DNA from: a bacterium
GTDB lineage: Bacteria; Patescibacteriota; Doudnabacteria; UBA920
DNA: 64,000 bases
NCBI GenBank assembly: GCA_016699995.1
Contig: CP064996.1
Location: 626,963-690,962 of the forward strand
Direction: 5' to 3'
Shown here: positions 36,501 to 45,359 of the stretch, one piece after another
Layout of the letters: every line of letters starts with the position of its first letter
How positions within the stretch are numbered: position 1 is the stretch's first letter
Notes under the pieces: model-generated
Seen by the model: only the letters and a program-made list of their open reading frames with translations
The model's database searches: none
What the model was told of the DNA's origin: nothing
Position numbers and translations under genes: made by a program

Positions 36501-38188
36501 TTTAGCAATGCGTTCAAGACCGGCACAAGAATGAACGCGAAGATCCAATAAATTACACCAGTAATTAACAGAACAATGTAAGAAATGACCCTGCGGATAA
36601 AGTTGAATAGATCGCTTCCGTTAGATTTTTCAGGATCTTCGTTGGAACTGGTGGTTTGGGTCACTGTGTCCGCAAAGCCAAATTTTGCATAATTGTCATC
36701 ATCGCATTTTGCTTTTTCTTCGTCAGTAGTTTTTTCCGCCTTACAAGCAGCCTTAATATCGTCTATTTTTTCGTAAACTTCTACAGTAAATTTTTCTAAT
36801 CCACCAGATCCAGCAATTAAAATAACACCATTGCTAACCAACAAGTTAAAAATCGAGATAGGGATACTGCCCTTTGTGCCGCCTATGGCAGGCAAAGCAA
36901 CGAATTCCGCAGAGCCATAAGGCTTACCAGCCTCGGGGGTTTTTGTTGTATCTACCTTGCTTAGCCATGCCTTAGATTTCAATAACGGGCTGTAATCGTA
37001 CCCTCCCGTCGGAGGGATGTACTCCGCCTGAGAAGGATCCCCCAAATCACCAGTGCTGTGCTTTGAGCTAAAAATTAATCCACTACAATCAGTACCAGTA
37101 AAAGTCGGTAGACAAGCGATCTTGCTCTTCCCCTTAACAGACGAAGCATACCCAAAATATATAACACTGCCGATGTACTTAGGAGTAAAATCTACCCCCG
37201 TCCAGCTATCGTCTTTTTGAGGCAGGGTAAAATACTGGAGTTTACCTAGCGGAGTACCACCCCATTCCACATGGACTTTATCCAGACCGCCAGTACCGGC
37301 AAATCTCATATCCCCGTCTGTTTTTAGAACGCGATATTTTTTTCTTAGGCCATACCCGTCTTTATTGGCCTTTATGGCAATAGATATCTTTTGATAATCA
37401 ACAGTTTGGGTATTATCGGTGTCACCATCCCCGCTGCCTTCCACATTTGGCAAGTCTCGAGCTGGGGGGCTATTATCCGTTTTATCCTTATTATGCTGAA
37501 TAGTCTGATTTGCCAACCAAGTTCCGGACCTGTTTGAACCGCCATACATATAAGCGTACAAGTAATATTCAGACCGGTACGACCCGCGTATGCTTCTAAC
37601 GCTCTGTTCCAATTTTTCGACAGTAACACCATTCTTGCGGCAATGAAACCCGTACGAATTATTCGCTTCGTCATAATACATCTTGGCCGTACAGAACAGT
37701 TCGTAATTTGTAGGGCGAACTGTGGGTATATAAGAAGTCAAACCTAACGCTGCAACATACGCATAAACCTCAAAAGTATAACTATTTTCCTTATTTTGCT
37801 CCTTACATTTATCTGCCAATTCCTTAGTAATCGGAACCTTCATATAAATATCGAATGGTTCCTTAGTACCTACAGTGTCTTTGCTCAGCAACATCTGGTA
37901 GCCGCTGCTGATGACGCCTGCTGTGTCAAAAATACGGCCAATAGAAACATTGGTACAGTCTACTGCCGCTTGAGCTTCCGGTATAGATGTTAGTGATTCA
38001 AAAACAGCTCTACCGTCTGAATTAGGTGAAATAAGACTGAGAAAAGGCAAAAACAAAGAAGCGATCAGAATCCCCAGGACAGTTTTCTGGAAGATTCCAA
38101 TGCCTCTTTTACTATTCCTGCTGCCGGCTTTATTCCGCAGTTTTTGAGTCAAAAATTGAATGAATTTTGGTATTGATTTCTGTATCAC
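33584..38188 (-). CDS. giant VirB6/TrbL-like polytopic membrane protein with large ectodomain and collagen-like Gly-X-Y C-terminal tail
   Basis: 1534 aa. N-terminal signal/TM. A ~520 aa extracellular region. A ~300 aa block of at least 6 TM helices (VirB6-like: LLITGVIYWIFAFILVPVL..., LVLMALLVNFSLVIAQGVVG...). A long coiled-coil cytoplasmic region. The C-terminal ~110 aa are GPRGAAGAPGATGATGAAGATGGTGGRGG...GTPGAPGAPGAPGGGG. Confidence 0.7.
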   Translation of the reverse strand: MIQKSIPKFIQFLTQKLRNKAGSRNSKRGIGIFQKTVLGILIASLFLPFLSLISPNSDGRAVFESLTSIPEAQAAVDCTNVSIGRIFDTAGVISSGYQMLLSKDTVGTKEPFDIYMKVPITKELADKCKEQNKENSYTFEVYAYVAALGLTSYIPTVRPTNYELFCTAKMYYDEANNSYGFHCRKNGVTVEKLEQSVRSIRGSYRSEYYLYAYMYGGSNRSGTWLANQTIQHNKDKTDNSPPARDLPNVEGSGDGDTDNTQTVDYQKISIAIKANKDGYGLRKKYRVLKTDGDMRFAGTGGLDKVHVEWGGTPLGKLQYFTLPQKDDSWTGVDFTPKYIGSVIYFGYASSVKGKSKIACLPTFTGTDCSGLIFSSKHSTGDLGDPSQAEYIPPTGGYDYSPLLKSKAWLSKVDTTKTPEAGKPYGSAEFVALPAIGGTKGSIPISIFNLLVSNGVILIAGSGGLEKFTVEVYEKIDDIKAACKAEKTTDEEKAKCDDDNYAKFGFADTVTQTTSSNEDPEKSNGSDLFNFIRRVISYIVLLITGVIYWIFAFILVPVLNALLNIYAHKDEFVNFIYPGWVIMRNLANIGFIVALLWMGLRVLFQVDDSGKTRGFILWLVLMALLVNFSLVIAQGVVGIADTVQAQFLPAESKVIEALGQKLMVDPIKFFRGQSSGAGVTDSSNFSVDASASDLTKPIILLVLAIAAFFAFVALIAFIIIRLVVLWILYMVSPIAYVARILPDTKKYWDQWWDMFIKHAFTVPILAFFLNIAALMATTFASKNGDTVVAGRDRTFLLGGISGELAEYVITVISHFVVLFFLFLGMKFAQSSGTVGAQQIVKFAKKGFDFVTKTAPLAVAGGAGKAAVWGGKWAKDTGADSLANSKLFGIDKKPGLQKAIRAVARPKEFLKAAKKGYFDIPKEQMNGRFADDFKKVSNFLQPFGENKIMGAQWAWRKLRGKDPGAPMLEEAKRNQRIATEIKNDDEIRGVADQRDADQQKYNDLSAGRLTLAQAQDELAKLNEDSEKAEQAVLKDPGNRDLKYQEAQVKARRDVLEDAVNNAVATGATEVSLADLQVNLDMKVDHPEVVDPATGIVTDPGGLVQQGLMAPGDPIEPVVDTTKITDELQRKIADATSVIDNDQAKRRELGYNGPMNDGVKEALLKEVTRLNTEAEKYQRPYSKALEKEEAMEVMKQKKEIADLDLDYDQLEAGFLDALKKNNFVQARAYVKQIAETGMADKLMKNMKDDNGDPYQYNIVGLEKMVKDKFKTSERNQTNVFREISNTAAKNGAIPLGYAVKNMPSGGGIIKSYQAQMVDVEKRFAKLGIKDVKEGDIKHFNPTTNREEATPGLVKWLSALNTTEKAKQVKRDMSKERAGQILDVITEDDFKAMGKNMGKEIRAALEDVAGRKFVAGPRGAAGAPGATGATGAAGATGGTGGRGGRGGTGPAGGAGPAGPAGPAGTPGAPGAPGAPGGGGGPIAGGGPTMARPYVPPANPGTPPGGGTGTGGRTTNPGTNNTTTGANPLPPDFNPPDLV

Positions 38189-38304
38189 AAGGGCTAAAAT
38201 AACCTCTTAAACTTAAAATAATTATACCACAGATAACCCTAAAAACCCAAGAAATTTTTCGCACCAAAAAACCACCCTTCCTGGGTGGTTTTTAATTATG
38301 ACTT

Positions 38305-39951
38305 TTATGGCATTTCGCCGCGGGGAGCGAAGTTAGAACGTCTCGGGGAGAACTCAGAAGTTTGCACCCCCTGGACGTTGCCGCCGCCAGAACCCCCGGA
38401 GCTTGGTGTGCCCGGCGGAACGATAGGAGGAGTAAATCCTGGTACGCCGCCCTGAGGCAACTGGGAAACCAAATCCCCGATCGTCCCATTAAGCGCTGTC
38501 ATGCCGGCTTCCTTAAAGATTTTACCGCTGCTCTTACCGCCAGTGATTAAGTTGGTAAGGAAGTTGCTGGCCACATCAGACAAGAAGCTCGCGTAGAATG
38601 GCAAGTTGTCGCTCTTCAGCTGAGAGCCCTGATCCAAATGCTGCTTAACAAAATTAGTTAGCTGATCGCTTACAAAAGTTGCAGGAGAGTCTATTACCGG
38701 ACAAATGTCTGAAACAGGATCAGGGTCTTCTGCAGGCAACTGTTTAAGCTTGGCGTCGAGTTCGTTAAACTTAGCTTTCGCTTTGTCCAATTCTGCCTGA
38801 GTTGTTTTCTTGGCGGCCAATGCCTGCTCCAATTTAACTACTATATCTGCCGCAGCCACTACTTCTGCAGATAACTTTTCCCACTTTTGATCGATAGAAG
38901 CCTGGCGGCCCACTAAATCTTTACAATCACGCGGCGGAGCAAAGCCATTGCTCTGCTGAACTTCCTTAGTGGCAGTTTCCATACCAGCAGCTTTTACCTT
39001 TTGAGCATTATCTTGGCTGACTTGAAGCTGAAAAGCCGGGCTGGCATTTTCGGCTCCATATGCCGCCAAGCAACGCAGAGAGTTTGCATCGTTAACATTA
39101 AGTTGCGGAGTGCTGCCGCACATCGCTCCCAGATAGTCTTGGGCTTTGGTTGTAGCAAATGCCTGGGCTACCTTAGCCTTGTTAGGCAATTTTTCACTCT
39201 GAATTAGAGAGCGAAGCATCATCTGGGTACGGGCGTCGCCCTTATAATTCTCGTTAATATACTTCATCGAGTAAATTTGCACTCCCACAGCATCGGCATA
39301 AGCCAAGTAATCATCAATCTTATACTTCTGAACCATGCCGTTAACCAGCTTTGTGGTTAAGTTTTTGTTGAGGTTGAGCACCAGCTTAACCATGAAGGCT
39401 TTAAGCACGTCTTTAATGCTAGCGCTTTGGCGAGCCTTTAGATCTTCGATTACCACGCGCAATGCCTCACTGGTCTTGCTAAATTTATCCTGCTCTCTTT
39501 GCAATTCCTGGCCCATAGTCACGGTTACTGTGGGAGCAGCCCGCAAAGCGGTTACATAAATATCAATACATTCCTTGGCTGCGGTGGCCTTAACTATTTT
39601 CGCAGTCAATTGAGTAGACTCACCGATGCCTCCACCGATTACGCTCAGAAAGGAGCTGGAAGCAACATCTGTAAAGCTTTCTACTGCATCGGAGTTATCT
39701 GCAGCTGCGATGACGGTCGTACAAGTGGAGCTCAATGTTCCACGGATGGAATTAATCGCGGCCGAAGCATTGCCTGGCAAGCCAATTAAATTATTTGTCG
39801 TGATCACTCCTGTCGTCAAAGGAGACAACGGCAATTCCGAAGTAGGAACAGCCAGCTGCGCCTGAGCCTGCGCGCTAAACGAAAAAATCGCTCCGCCTAG
39901 GGAAGCTAGTGTGATGCTAAAGATTAAAAAAGAAATTAGGGCGCGCTTCAT
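38305..39951 (-). CDS. secreted T4SS-cluster protein (signal peptide)
   Basis: 548 aa. N-terminal signal peptide (LIFSITLASLGGAIFSFSAQAQA). Helical and coiled-coil rich. C-terminal Gly/Pro-rich tail. Confidence 0.65.
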   Translation of the reverse strand: MKRALISFLIFSITLASLGGAIFSFSAQAQAQLAVPTSELPLSPLTTGVITTNNLIGLPGNASAAINSIRGTLSSTCTTVIAAADNSDAVESFTDVASSSFLSVIGGGIGESTQLTAKIVKATAAKECIDIYVTALRAAPTVTVTMGQELQREQDKFSKTSEALRVVIEDLKARQSASIKDVLKAFMVKLVLNLNKNLTTKLVNGMVQKYKIDDYLAYADAVGVQIYSMKYINENYKGDARTQMMLRSLIQSEKLPNKAKVAQAFATTKAQDYLGAMCGSTPQLNVNDANSLRCLAAYGAENASPAFQLQVSQDNAQKVKAAGMETATKEVQQSNGFAPPRDCKDLVGRQASIDQKWEKLSAEVVAAADIVVKLEQALAAKKTTQAELDKAKAKFNELDAKLKQLPAEDPDPVSDICPVIDSPATFVSDQLTNFVKQHLDQGSQLKSDNLPFYASFLSDVASNFLTNLITGGKSSGKIFKEAGMTALNGTIGDLVSQLPQGGVPGFTPPIVPPGTPSSGGSGGGNVQGVQTSEFSPRRSNFAPRGEMP

Positions 39952-40691
39952 TAGAATTTAATTTTGTGTTTATTTTCAATCTGAGTTCTCAAAGACGCCA
40001 GGCGGTCGGTTAGGCTGAACATGGCGCTGCTGTACTGAGCAATGTTTTCATCGCCTGTCATGAAAGCCAAACCGAGCTTGCCGATTGTTTGATAATACAA
40101 GGTATTGTATCGGTGATAATCTACCAATTCGGTAGGAACAGGAATGCCGTTTAACGATTCGATGATGCCCTTCACCTGGTCCTGAGTTTTTTGTAAAAGA
40201 TTTTTATCGGAGCTGTTTAAATTTGCAAATAGTTCTGGGGTATTGTAGTAACTTTCGATCTGCAGCATTTTGTTTGCGTAAGCTTCTACTGTCTGTTGGT
40301 TTGTCGGAATCATCTCTTTGATCGGAATCAAACTCAACTGCTCATTGCTGTACAATTGTTCGACGCTTGGAATTTCATCCAAGCCGATTGCTTCTCCTAA
40401 TACTTGTCCATTAGCCTGGCCGCGGTCCAATAGTGCAAATTGGTTTTCCAAATGATTGATGTACTCTTCTGTTTCTGCATCCAATCCATTTAATGCGTAG
40501 ACTTCGCTGCGAACGTCTTCGTACGTCAGCATAGGTTCTTGAGTCTCCTCTGCCTGAGTAAACACTGCCGATAATTTTATATCCATTCTAGGAACAATTA
40601 AAACAGCAAAAACTAAAACCGCCGCGCCTAGCAAGTAAGCGTGGTTGCGAGTGAAGCCTAAGCTTTCTAAATTTGTGTTTTTGTTTTGCAT
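39951..40691 (-). CDS. membrane-anchored hypothetical protein
   Basis: 246 aa. Single N-terminal TM (AYLLGAAVLVFAVLIV). Stop overlaps the downstream start. Confidence 0.6.
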   Translation of the reverse strand: MQNKNTNLESLGFTRNHAYLLGAAVLVFAVLIVPRMDIKLSAVFTQAEETQEPMLTYEDVRSEVYALNGLDAETEEYINHLENQFALLDRGQANGQVLGEAIGLDEIPSVEQLYSNEQLSLIPIKEMIPTNQQTVEAYANKMLQIESYYNTPELFANLNSSDKNLLQKTQDQVKGIIESLNGIPVPTELVDYHRYNTLYYQTIGKLGLAFMTGDENIAQYSSAMFSLTDRLASLRTQIENKHKIKF

Positions 40692-40731
40692 TCTTGTTTC
40701 TGTAAATTGAGTTGGTAATAACGACTACGCG

Positions 40732-41097
40732 CTACGCAGATGTTCCTACCTGCGCGATTGGATAAATTAAATACGGAACCGCACACGGTACCGGGGCAGG
40801 CAGATACGTACCGAGTATAAATGTTCCCGGCTTTACCAAATTATAAAATGGGTACAACTGCGAACCATGAGCCATCGTTAAAGCTATCGGAGCACCATTA
40901 AATGAAGCGACAATCGTATGGGCAACTGGGCATAGCGGAGTCGGCGGAACAAATGCTGCTACCACTCCTCCTACCGGAATACCGGAAGGAAGTATAGCCG
41001 CTTGGGTGCTTGGTACTTGTCCAGGCAAAACAAAAAAAATCCCAGTTAATAAAAGAACGGATAATATTTTCTCAATAAATTCGTGTTGCATATTCAA
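40732..41097 (-). CDS. small secreted hydrophobic protein (possible pilin-like subunit)
   Basis: 121 aa. Signal-anchor (ILSVLLLTGIFFVLPG) then Pro/Gly/Ala-rich mature region. First gene of the minus-strand T4SS-like block. Confidence 0.45.
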   Translation of the reverse strand: MNMQHEFIEKILSVLLLTGIFFVLPGQVPSTQAAILPSGIPVGGVVAAFVPPTPLCPVAHTIVASFNGAPIALTMAHGSQLYPFYNLVKPGTFILGTYLPAPVPCAVPYLIYPIAQVGTSA

Positions 41098-41184
41098 TTT
41101 TATTTTTATTTTTGTTTCGTTTGAGCATTTTGCCGTGGCAAAACTTTCAATCTATAATATTATTATAGCAGAAATTAACAAATT

Positions 41185-41742
41185 TTGCAAGTGACGAAAT
41201 CAAAAAATATTTTTATTCTCTTGACACTCTCTTCCCTGCTTTTAAGCGCCGGTTGCATACGGCAAAACCCCCAAAATTCTACCCCGCAATTGAGAGAAAA
41301 AAATGATTACAATTCTGAAAATTTAACTGCAGAATCAAGCGAGTACGAAAAAGAAATGGACAAACTTTACAGCACACCTGTTCAAATTGGAAACAATAAA
41401 CTACTTGTGCAAATCGCCGACACAGACAGTTTAAGGCAAAAAGGATTGTCTGGAACGAAACGGCTTACACACAACCAAGGCATGCTGTTTGATTTTACAA
41501 ACACAGCAAACCGACGTCCAAGTTTTTGGATGAAGGATATGAATTTCTCTATCGACATTATTTGGATAAAGGATAATAAAATAATCGGGATAGAAAAATC
41601 TGTACCGGCACCAGAAATCAACACTCCGGACTACGAACTAAAGACCTACTCCCCTCCCGGCAGCATCACTCATGTTCTAGAAGTAAATGCGGGATGGAGC
41701 GATCAAAATGGAATTAGTGTCGGCGACAAAATAGAATTGTAG
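41185..41742 (+). CDS. DUF192 (COG1430) family lipoprotein
   Basis: Lipobox LLLSAGC. Core GLSGTKRL...GMLFDF...FWMKDMNFSIDIIWI...ITHVLEVNAGW typical of DUF192. Confidence 0.7.
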   Translation: MQVTKSKNIFILLTLSSLLLSAGCIRQNPQNSTPQLREKNDYNSENLTAESSEYEKEMDKLYSTPVQIGNNKLLVQIADTDSLRQKGLSGTKRLTHNQGMLFDFTNTANRRPSFWMKDMNFSIDIIWIKDNKIIGIEKSVPAPEINTPDYELKTYSPPGSITHVLEVNAGWSDQNGISVGDKIEL

Positions 41743-41837
41743 CGCGTTCAGCTCGTAAAACCTTTGAGCTTTAAAAAAACTCCTCGCATGGCGGGGAGCT
41801 TTTAAATTATGCAATAAAATTTTAAGTTGAGCAGATC

Positions 41838-42716
41838 TCAAATTTGTTCGGAAAGTTTGATCCACTGTTCGATGCTCAATTGCTGCGGCCGGAGTTTTGG
41901 ATCCAAATTTACTTTCTTTAAAACTGCTGCCACTTGTTCTTTACCCAGACCCAGATTGGAAACTAAAGTATTATGAATTTGTTTCCGCTTCCCTGTAAAG
42001 CAAGCGCGCAGAAGTTTAAACAGTTTTTGCTCGTCTGCAACATCATACTTTGGCTGCTCATGCAGCTTGATGGTTATAACGGCACTATCAACTTTTGGAG
42101 CCGGGTAAAATTTTTCCGCGCGCACGATCTCTGCTAGTTCAGCTGTTGCATAGAGTTGGACAGAGATAGCCAGCAAGTTAAGATTGCCTTCTTTAGCAGT
42201 AATGTTCTGGGCGACTTCTTTTTGCATCAACAGAGTCATGCTGACCGGCTTGCGCTGCTGCTTTAAGAAATACTGTACTATCTTTCCGGTCACATAGTAT
42301 GGAATATTAGCGACGACTTTATAAGAACTCTGCTTGCCAACCCCAGCCTGCGCCAAAGCTTCGTCTATATTCTCCTCAAGCACGTCGCCCAAGACATAAC
42401 TAAAATTTTTATTCTTATTGCGAAGCGAGTTTAGCACGTTGACGAACTGCGGATCCTTTTCTATGGCTAACACTTGGCCGGCGCGGTCGATAAGAAATTT
42501 GGTAAGGTTGCCAATGCCGGGTCCGACTTCTACGATCACATCAGCATTGCTTACATCTGCGCTATCCAGCATATCCTGCAAAACGATTTCATCCATCAAA
42601 AAATGCTGCCCGTAAGTTTTGTTAGGGCTAAGTCCATAATCCATTAGTAATTGCTTGAGTGTTTCTGGTGTCATATATTTATTCATCGAAGGGCTCGTAA
42701 GAATAATCATCTTCAT
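41838..42716 (-). CDS. rsmA: 16S rRNA (adenine1518/1519-N6)-dimethyltransferase RsmA/KsgA
   Basis: GQHFLMDE...IVEVGPGIGNLT SAM-binding motifs. 292 aa. Confidence 0.85.
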   Translation of the reverse strand: MKMIILTSPSMNKYMTPETLKQLLMDYGLSPNKTYGQHFLMDEIVLQDMLDSADVSNADVIVEVGPGIGNLTKFLIDRAGQVLAIEKDPQFVNVLNSLRNKNKNFSYVLGDVLEENIDEALAQAGVGKQSSYKVVANIPYYVTGKIVQYFLKQQRKPVSMTLLMQKEVAQNITAKEGNLNLLAISVQLYATAELAEIVRAEKFYPAPKVDSAVITIKLHEQPKYDVADEQKLFKLLRACFTGKRKQIHNTLVSNLGLGKEQVAAVLKKVNLDPKLRPQQLSIEQWIKLSEQI

Positions 42717-44856
42717 CGCCGTTTAAAGCAGCAAGATTGCCTTTGGCTTTGATAACGTTCTGAGGCAGGGCCCGTAAAATACGGGACGGCGAATTATTCT
42801 GAAAACTGCCGTACATCTGCCTGCTTTGAGCATACACTAAAAACAGTCGCTTGCGGGCGCGCGTCAGACCCACGTAGGCCAAGCGTATTTCTTCGGCTAA
42901 TTCGGACGGGTCCAGCAGGCTGTTGGAATGAGGCAGCACCCCTTCCTCCAAACCCACAAAAAAGACCGTGTCAAATTCCAGCCCTTTGGCGGCGTGCAGG
43001 GTCATTAATGTCACCAGATTTCTGGTATCGCTGGTTTTGTCCAAATCTGTAATTAACGCGACTTCCTCCAAGAATTCCTGCAAGCCTTCCTGCCATGGCA
43101 GATGATCAAACTTGGAAGTTACGTTGAACAATTCCTTGATATTCTCTATGCGGGTCTCGCCCTGATCGGTCCCGTCTCTATAATAATCCTCTATCCCGGT
43201 TAGTTTAACCACTACTTTTAACAACTCGCTTAGCGTGGTCTCCACTGGCACGATCTGCGCCTTATGCAGCACTCCGTAGAAAGTTTGAAGGCTCTCGCGC
43301 TGGCGCTGCGGCAGATTTATACCAAGCATCCGTGTCATGGCTTCGTTAATTGTAGTTACCCCTGTCTGGGTTAAGACGAACTCGCGAATCGCGTCCATAG
43401 CCTTGTCGCCAATGCCGCGAGGGGGCAAGTTAACTACGCGGCGCAAAGAAGTGAATTCAAAAGGGTTTACCAGCAGCCGCAAATAAGCCAGGACATCTTT
43501 GATTTCTTTACGTTCGTAGTATTTAACGCCACCCACTATTTGATAGGGAATCCCAGCCTCAATAAAGACTTCTTCTATTTCACGAGACTGGGCGTGCGTT
43601 CGGTACAGCACGGCAATCTCGTCTAAGCCATCGTGCTCCTTTGACAGCTGCGGCACGAGGCCAAAACCGCGGCTACTATTTCCAAACCCGCCGGTCTTAT
43701 AATTCTGTCTTTGCTTAGCTAAAAATTTATCCAAGATTGAATAGGTTTGTGTTATCGGTTCGTCGGCGTACCCTGCTTCTGGCTCCTCTTCATATTCCAG
43801 CTCGCCTCCCCCCGATTCGGCCTCATCGGCCCTGCTAGCTAGTTTAACAATATTCTTTGCCACATAAATTGCCTCTGCCCGACCGTCAAAAACCTCCTCG
43901 ATGATTACTTTGTCTCCTTCATCATTGTCGGTCCATAAAGTTTTCGGCTTTTGCTCGGAATTTAGTTCTATAACTTTTTGTGCTGCTGCCAGAATATTTT
44001 TAGTGGAGCGGTAATTCTGTTCCAGCTTAATCACCTGCGCTGCAGGGAAATCTTTTTCAAAGTTTAAGATATTAGCAATGTTGCTGCCGCGGAAACCATA
44101 AATGCTTTGAGCATCGTCTCCTACCACAAACAGATTCCCTTTGTTGGCTAGCAAGTGCAAAAACATGTATTGAGCCTGGTTAGTATCCTGATATTCGTCC
44201 ACTAAAACATATGGCCAGAGAGTTTGAAACTTGCGCAAAATTTCTGGGAAAGTCTCGAATAAAATAATCGGCAGCATTAGCAGGTCGTCAAAATCCACAG
44301 AATTTTGCTTGTATAAAAAGTCCTGATAGCGAGCGTAGACCTGTGACACAAGTTCGTGCATATGGCCTTCCAGGCCCACTGCCATATTGGCTGGAGTTTG
44401 CAAAAGGTTCTTGGCTCCAGAAATGTACGCCCTAAATAAAGTCGGAGCATACTGTTTCGGGATATTTAGATCCTTTAAGATGTCTTTGATGATTTTTACT
44501 TGATCATCACCATCCAGAATCGCAAAGCCAGAATTATATCCCAGCTTGGCAATATACTTGCGCAAAATTCGTACACCGATGGAATGAAATGTCCCAATTG
44601 CCGGCTGCGAAGTAAGTTTTGCGCTCGACTCCTTGAGCAAAACATTGACCCGGCTCTGCATCTCCTTAGCAGCTTTGTTAGTAAAAGTCACAGCTAAGAT
44701 CTGGTCTGGCTTAAAAAGGTCCTGTTCTATAATGTAAGCGATACGGTAAGTGAGGACCCTGGTTTTGCCGCTGCCGGCACCTGCCAAAACCAAAACCGGC
44801 CCAAGGGGGGCGGTCACGGCGGCTAGCTGTTTGTCGTTTAATATAGAAAGATTCAT
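42679..44856 (-). CDS. pcrA: UvrD/PcrA-family ATP-dependent DNA helicase
   Basis: LNDKQLAAV...VLAGAGSGKTRVLTYRIAYII and helicase motifs through VGLTRARKRL. 725 aa. Confidence 0.9.
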   Translation of the reverse strand: MNLSILNDKQLAAVTAPLGPVLVLAGAGSGKTRVLTYRIAYIIEQDLFKPDQILAVTFTNKAAKEMQSRVNVLLKESSAKLTSQPAIGTFHSIGVRILRKYIAKLGYNSGFAILDGDDQVKIIKDILKDLNIPKQYAPTLFRAYISGAKNLLQTPANMAVGLEGHMHELVSQVYARYQDFLYKQNSVDFDDLLMLPIILFETFPEILRKFQTLWPYVLVDEYQDTNQAQYMFLHLLANKGNLFVVGDDAQSIYGFRGSNIANILNFEKDFPAAQVIKLEQNYRSTKNILAAAQKVIELNSEQKPKTLWTDNDEGDKVIIEEVFDGRAEAIYVAKNIVKLASRADEAESGGGELEYEEEPEAGYADEPITQTYSILDKFLAKQRQNYKTGGFGNSSRGFGLVPQLSKEHDGLDEIAVLYRTHAQSREIEEVFIEAGIPYQIVGGVKYYERKEIKDVLAYLRLLVNPFEFTSLRRVVNLPPRGIGDKAMDAIREFVLTQTGVTTINEAMTRMLGINLPQRQRESLQTFYGVLHKAQIVPVETTLSELLKVVVKLTGIEDYYRDGTDQGETRIENIKELFNVTSKFDHLPWQEGLQEFLEEVALITDLDKTSDTRNLVTLMTLHAAKGLEFDTVFFVGLEEGVLPHSNSLLDPSELAEEIRLAYVGLTRARKRLFLVYAQSRQMYGSFQNNSPSRILRALPQNVIKAKGNLAALNGDEDDYSYEPFDE

Positions 44857-45359
44857 GCGCCTAAAAATTATACCATTTTTAGGTTGAACTTATGTCCACC
44901 TAAATTTGACCTGCCTTAAGCCAAATTCCCTCATATTTATGCGCTAATTGTATAAAAAAGAGCTTAAGTTCGGGGTAAATTCTGAGTAATCCCCAGGCTT
45001 GCTTGAAATACCGATATGACCCTGTTAAACTTGGATAGTAATTGCTCAACTTGTTAAGTTTTGTTAGCAATTTTTGCTTTAAATAAGCCAATTTAGACTA
45101 AAAATTATTCATATATTTCGGTGGCACCGGGGGTGATAATGTCCGTTATGGAAGGAATCAGTGCTGATCGAAAATATGTATTGTTAGGCAAGCTATACCC
45201 GCTTCACATTTAACTCAATATATCCTGAAACAAGTTAAGAGATACTGGCTCATTGGTCAGTATGTCTTTAACAAGATCTGGCACTCACTCAAAGCCCAGT
45301 ACCCTCGTTTATCCAAGCTATACACTAATCACTTCCCTTCTGTTCAAATCGGACAAAAG

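Noticed and set aside
44900-45091. 63 aa minus-strand ORF in the pcrA to LysM-CHAP spacer.
   Set aside because: No RBS, low-complexity K/L/Y-rich product, and it lies in a probable regulatory region.
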